A stretch of 63,185 nt of DNA, the filler included, from Reticulomyxa filosa (taxonomy: Eukaryota > Protista > Foraminifera), in the NCBI GenBank assembly GCA_000512085.1. It is 21 parts of 21 records of this genome, joined end to end, with 100 filler letters (N's around TTAATTAATTAA, not from the genome) between each part and the next. Parts side by side here need not be neighbours in the genome. Positions count along the whole stretch, not along the records: positions 55,304 to 63,185 come from ASPP01009619.1; 20 more parts are not named here. The stretch is one strand, 5' to 3'. Below the pieces are notes generated by a model. It worked only from the letters and a program-made list of their open reading frames with translations. It was not told the DNA's origin and did no database searches. Positions 62,121-63,185 of the stretch are shown here, piece after piece. How positions within the stretch are numbered: the stretch's first letter is position 1; each line of letters begins with the position of its first letter. The translations under genes and the position numbers were made by a program.

Positions 62121-63030
62121 GAGTCAGAGAGAATACATAGCAAAAAAGAGAGAAAAAAAAAATCTTTCACCCAAAACGGAAATCTTTATCATTGACGGGA
62201 TCGTCTTTTAAAGGAGAAAACATGATATGAAGTTTTTTTTTGGGTTCCAAAAAAAAAAACTATCCTTTTTTGCACAGTTGCAAAAGTACATACGTATGTA
62301 CACATATATATTTCTTTTAAGTTACAATTATGTCCGATAAGCTTAAAAAAAAAAAAACAACAACTTTCTTCCCTCCCTTGTTGGTTCCATTTTTTTTAAT
62401 TTTTGCGGGTGAATGTTCTTCGTTGGATGAAGGACCTGGACAGCTGCCTCACCTATCAGGCCCCGTTGTGGCTGTTATTGTCCTCGTTTACGTTTTCGTC
62501 GATACTGTCATTATATTTGTTTTTCGGCGCGAGTGAGGAGTGCATCCGTAAATGTACGACAAGAGTGGGTGGTTGGTTGTATAGCTGTAGCGAGACGATG
62601 TACCGCGAGTGTTGTGTATGTGAGTGGTTGAATCCCCCGGAGGAAATGTACGAAGTAATGGAAGAAGAGTACAAGGGTCAACAGAAGAGCAAGGCAAGAG
62701 ATAAAGACAGAGATAAAGACAAAGAGAGAGAAAGACAAAAGAAAGCATATTATCCCGCGAGTAGTAATAAAAGGAGTCAAAAAATGAAGCATATATTAAG
62801 CATCCCACTGTTGGGTGAGACGAATGAAATGGACGACCTCCGAACTACGTATCAAGAGACATATCCCGAGTCATTGGAGATCACCTTTTCGCTGATAAGT
62901 CACAAAGACTTGCAAGAGAAGAAGAAGAGGAAGAAGAAGCAAAAGCAAGAGCAAAACAAGCAAGACCACGAAATTGCCAGAGTAGTCTTGGAGCAAAGTC
63001 GAGCCAAACAAAAAAGAGCAATAAGAACAA

Positions 63031-63031
<1 letters not shown>

Positions 63032-63072
<41 letters not shown>

Positions 63073-63079
63073 TAATAAT
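63032..63079. repeat. (AAT)n microsatellite
   Basis: Directly visible. Confidence 0.9.
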
Positions 63080-63185
63080 GGACAAAGATCACGACGCAAA
63101 TCAGATATCCAAGATGTTCGACGAGTCCCCGAGAAGCGCAAAGTCGCAAAGAAAAATGGTCATGAGGCATTTGACAATGACAATG

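Noticed and set aside
60636-63170. Long + strand and Tyr/Leu/Ile-rich ORFs
   Set aside because: These are antisense shadows of coiled-coil exons and translations of microsatellites.

Overview
This window is not one locus. It is about 21 short contigs joined by artificial 100-bp spacers (44 N + TTAATTAATTAA + 44 N), so genes are true neighbours only within a contig. Almost all contigs come from an AT-rich, intron-containing protist. The microsatellite-laden short introns, the expanded WD40/Kelch/NACHT families and the many pseudogenes resemble the foraminiferan Reticulomyxa filosa; this is an inference, not a database result. One contig (33643-36665) is GC-rich bacterial mobile-element DNA with an N4/N6 DNA methyltransferase, a serine recombinase with a crossover-site palindrome, small exported proteins and an XRE/C-protein-like regulator. 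Housekeeping-type genes include two SulP/SLC26 transporters, an aldo-keto reductase, an ARM-repeat protein, a kinesin-8 stalk, a DH-PH RhoGEF, an RBR E3 ligase, a Nup58-like protein, NASP and G-protein beta. The top finding is a spliced 5-exon, ~877-aa gene (24873-27922, minus strand) that fuses two tandem globin domains, each with a proximal His, to a complete Cys-less pentameric ligand-gated ion channel, making it a candidate heme/gas-gated channel. Other highlights are (i) a ~35-aa single-exon module (W-x-R...GW-x-x-D-x-D) shared by the C-terminus of Kelch proteins and the N-terminus of WD40 proteins, which lie head-to-head in a tandem cluster; (ii) NLR-like NACHT-pentapeptide-WD40 genes with variable repeat positions; and (iii) ~220-bp solo-LTR-like repeats with 4-bp target-site duplications.
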